Shown piece after piece: positions 63,743-64,000 of a DNA stretch of 64,000 bases. Source of the stretch: an uncultured Thermoleophilia bacterium (GTDB lineage: Bacteria > Actinomycetota > Thermoleophilia > UBA2241); assembly GCA_963831295.1 (NCBI GenBank), contig CAWHPR010000003.1, positions 387,746 through 451,745 of the forward strand, read 5' to 3'. The translations under genes were made by a program, and so were the position numbers. The notes below the pieces were generated by a model. It was given only the letters and a program-made list of their open reading frames with translations, was not told where the DNA came from and did no database searches. Position 1 is the first letter of the stretch, and each line of letters begins with the position of its first letter.

Positions 63743-64000
63743 TCACGCTCGCGCGAGCGGCTTCGGCCGCCACACCAGCAGCACTACAAGAAGACCGGCG
63801 GCGACGCCGGCGACGAGGGCGAAGGGCAGGGCGGCGCCGGCACGGAAGAGGGCCCCGCCGAGCACCGCGCCGCCCGCCATGGGCAGCCCCATCATCGTGT
63901 CGAAGAGGGCGTAGCCCCAGGGCAGCGGGATCGGCCCGAATGAGCGTCCCACGACGCCGGTGGCGAGGAAGCGGAAGGCGTCGTAGCCGCCGCAGAGGAA
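63743..64000 (-). CDS. Membrane protein, 5' end beyond the window
   Basis: The frame is open to the window edge: ..FLCGGYDAFRFLATGVVGRSFGPIPLPWGYALFDTMMGLPMAGGAVLGGALFRAGAALPFALVAGVAAGLLVVLLVWRPKPLARA-stop. Confidence 0.5.
   Translation of the reverse strand, partial: FLCGGYDAFRFLATGVVGRSFGPIPLPWGYALFDTMMGLPMAGGAVLGGALFRAGAALPFALVAGVAAGLLVVLLVWRPKPLARA

Noticed and set aside
1-64000. Frame breaks read as programmed ribosomal frameshifting or as evidence that the cytochrome and hdr-like loci are dead pseudogenes.
   Set aside because: - The breaks also hit essential genes (hemE, hemY, fabI, nadA).
- They show no slippery-site pattern that I could see.
- They go in both directions.
- At least one non-coding hairpin shows a homopolymer-type extra base.

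Sequence error is the simpler explanation. Real decay cannot be excluded without reads.
1-64000. Search for CRISPR arrays, tRNA/rRNA genes, transposases, integrases, prophage or defence islands.
   Set aside because: - None was found.
- The only repeats are the cytochrome gene duplication and two short tandem repeats.
- A GGTTCGA-containing stretch near 4340 cannot fold into a tRNA T-arm.
- The DUF4143 AAA ATPase stands alone, without nuclease or other defence-type partners.

Overview
This is a high-GC (about 70% by eye) bacterial chromosomal window with about 60 genes. I saw no rRNA, tRNA, CRISPR array, transposase or integrase.

The GC content fills the six-frame track with antisense shadows and read-through ORFs, for example the 548-aa, 935-aa, 990-aa and 1601-aa entries. 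I therefore called genes from protein-like sequence, Shine-Dalgarno (SD) sites and start/stop overlaps.

Roughly 45-50 single-nucleotide indels split otherwise conserved genes (hemE, hemY, nadA, fabI, recQ, cooS, mmsA and others) across frames. Neighbouring genes of 1.5-2.4 kb are intact. I treat the breaks as probable sequence or assembly errors and give reconstructed spans. All frameshift positions are approximate.

Content from left to right:
- a DUF2064-radical SAM fusion with two glycosyltransferases
- a 10-kb heterodisulfide-reductase-like (Hdr/MvhD) flavin/FeS gene string ending in nadA, a MoaD-like GG protein and DoxX
- hemE-hemH-hemY
- a secreted M14 peptidase
- a 10.4-kb co-directional multihaem cytochrome cluster
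- S9 peptidase, rlmKL, recQ and an AAA ATPase
- a ferredoxin-cooS (CO dehydrogenase) operon, next to a Crp/Fnr regulator coupled to a membrane polyferredoxin
- mmsA, yajQ, fabI, an ECF sigma/anti-sigma pair and murB
- metY-metX-(binding protein)-metW
- an MBL hydrolase, a cupin, a peroxiredoxin and a YhaM-like nuclease

The cytochrome cluster is the most interesting part. It contains a cytochrome b plus a 7-haem cytochrome that resemble Geobacter CbcBA. It also holds a 20-haem cytochrome, TPR and NHL membrane proteins, two tandem OmcS-like hexahaem cytochromes, a radical SAM protein and a CoA-binding protein.

Other notable points:
- The peroxiredoxin has an in-frame TGA exactly at the catalytic-Cys position, followed by a SECIS-like hairpin, so it is a likely selenoprotein.
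- An HdrA carries an inserted GltD-like NAD(P)H module.
- A TTGAC-N4-GTCAA box is placed as in a class II Crp/Fnr promoter in front of the cooS operon.
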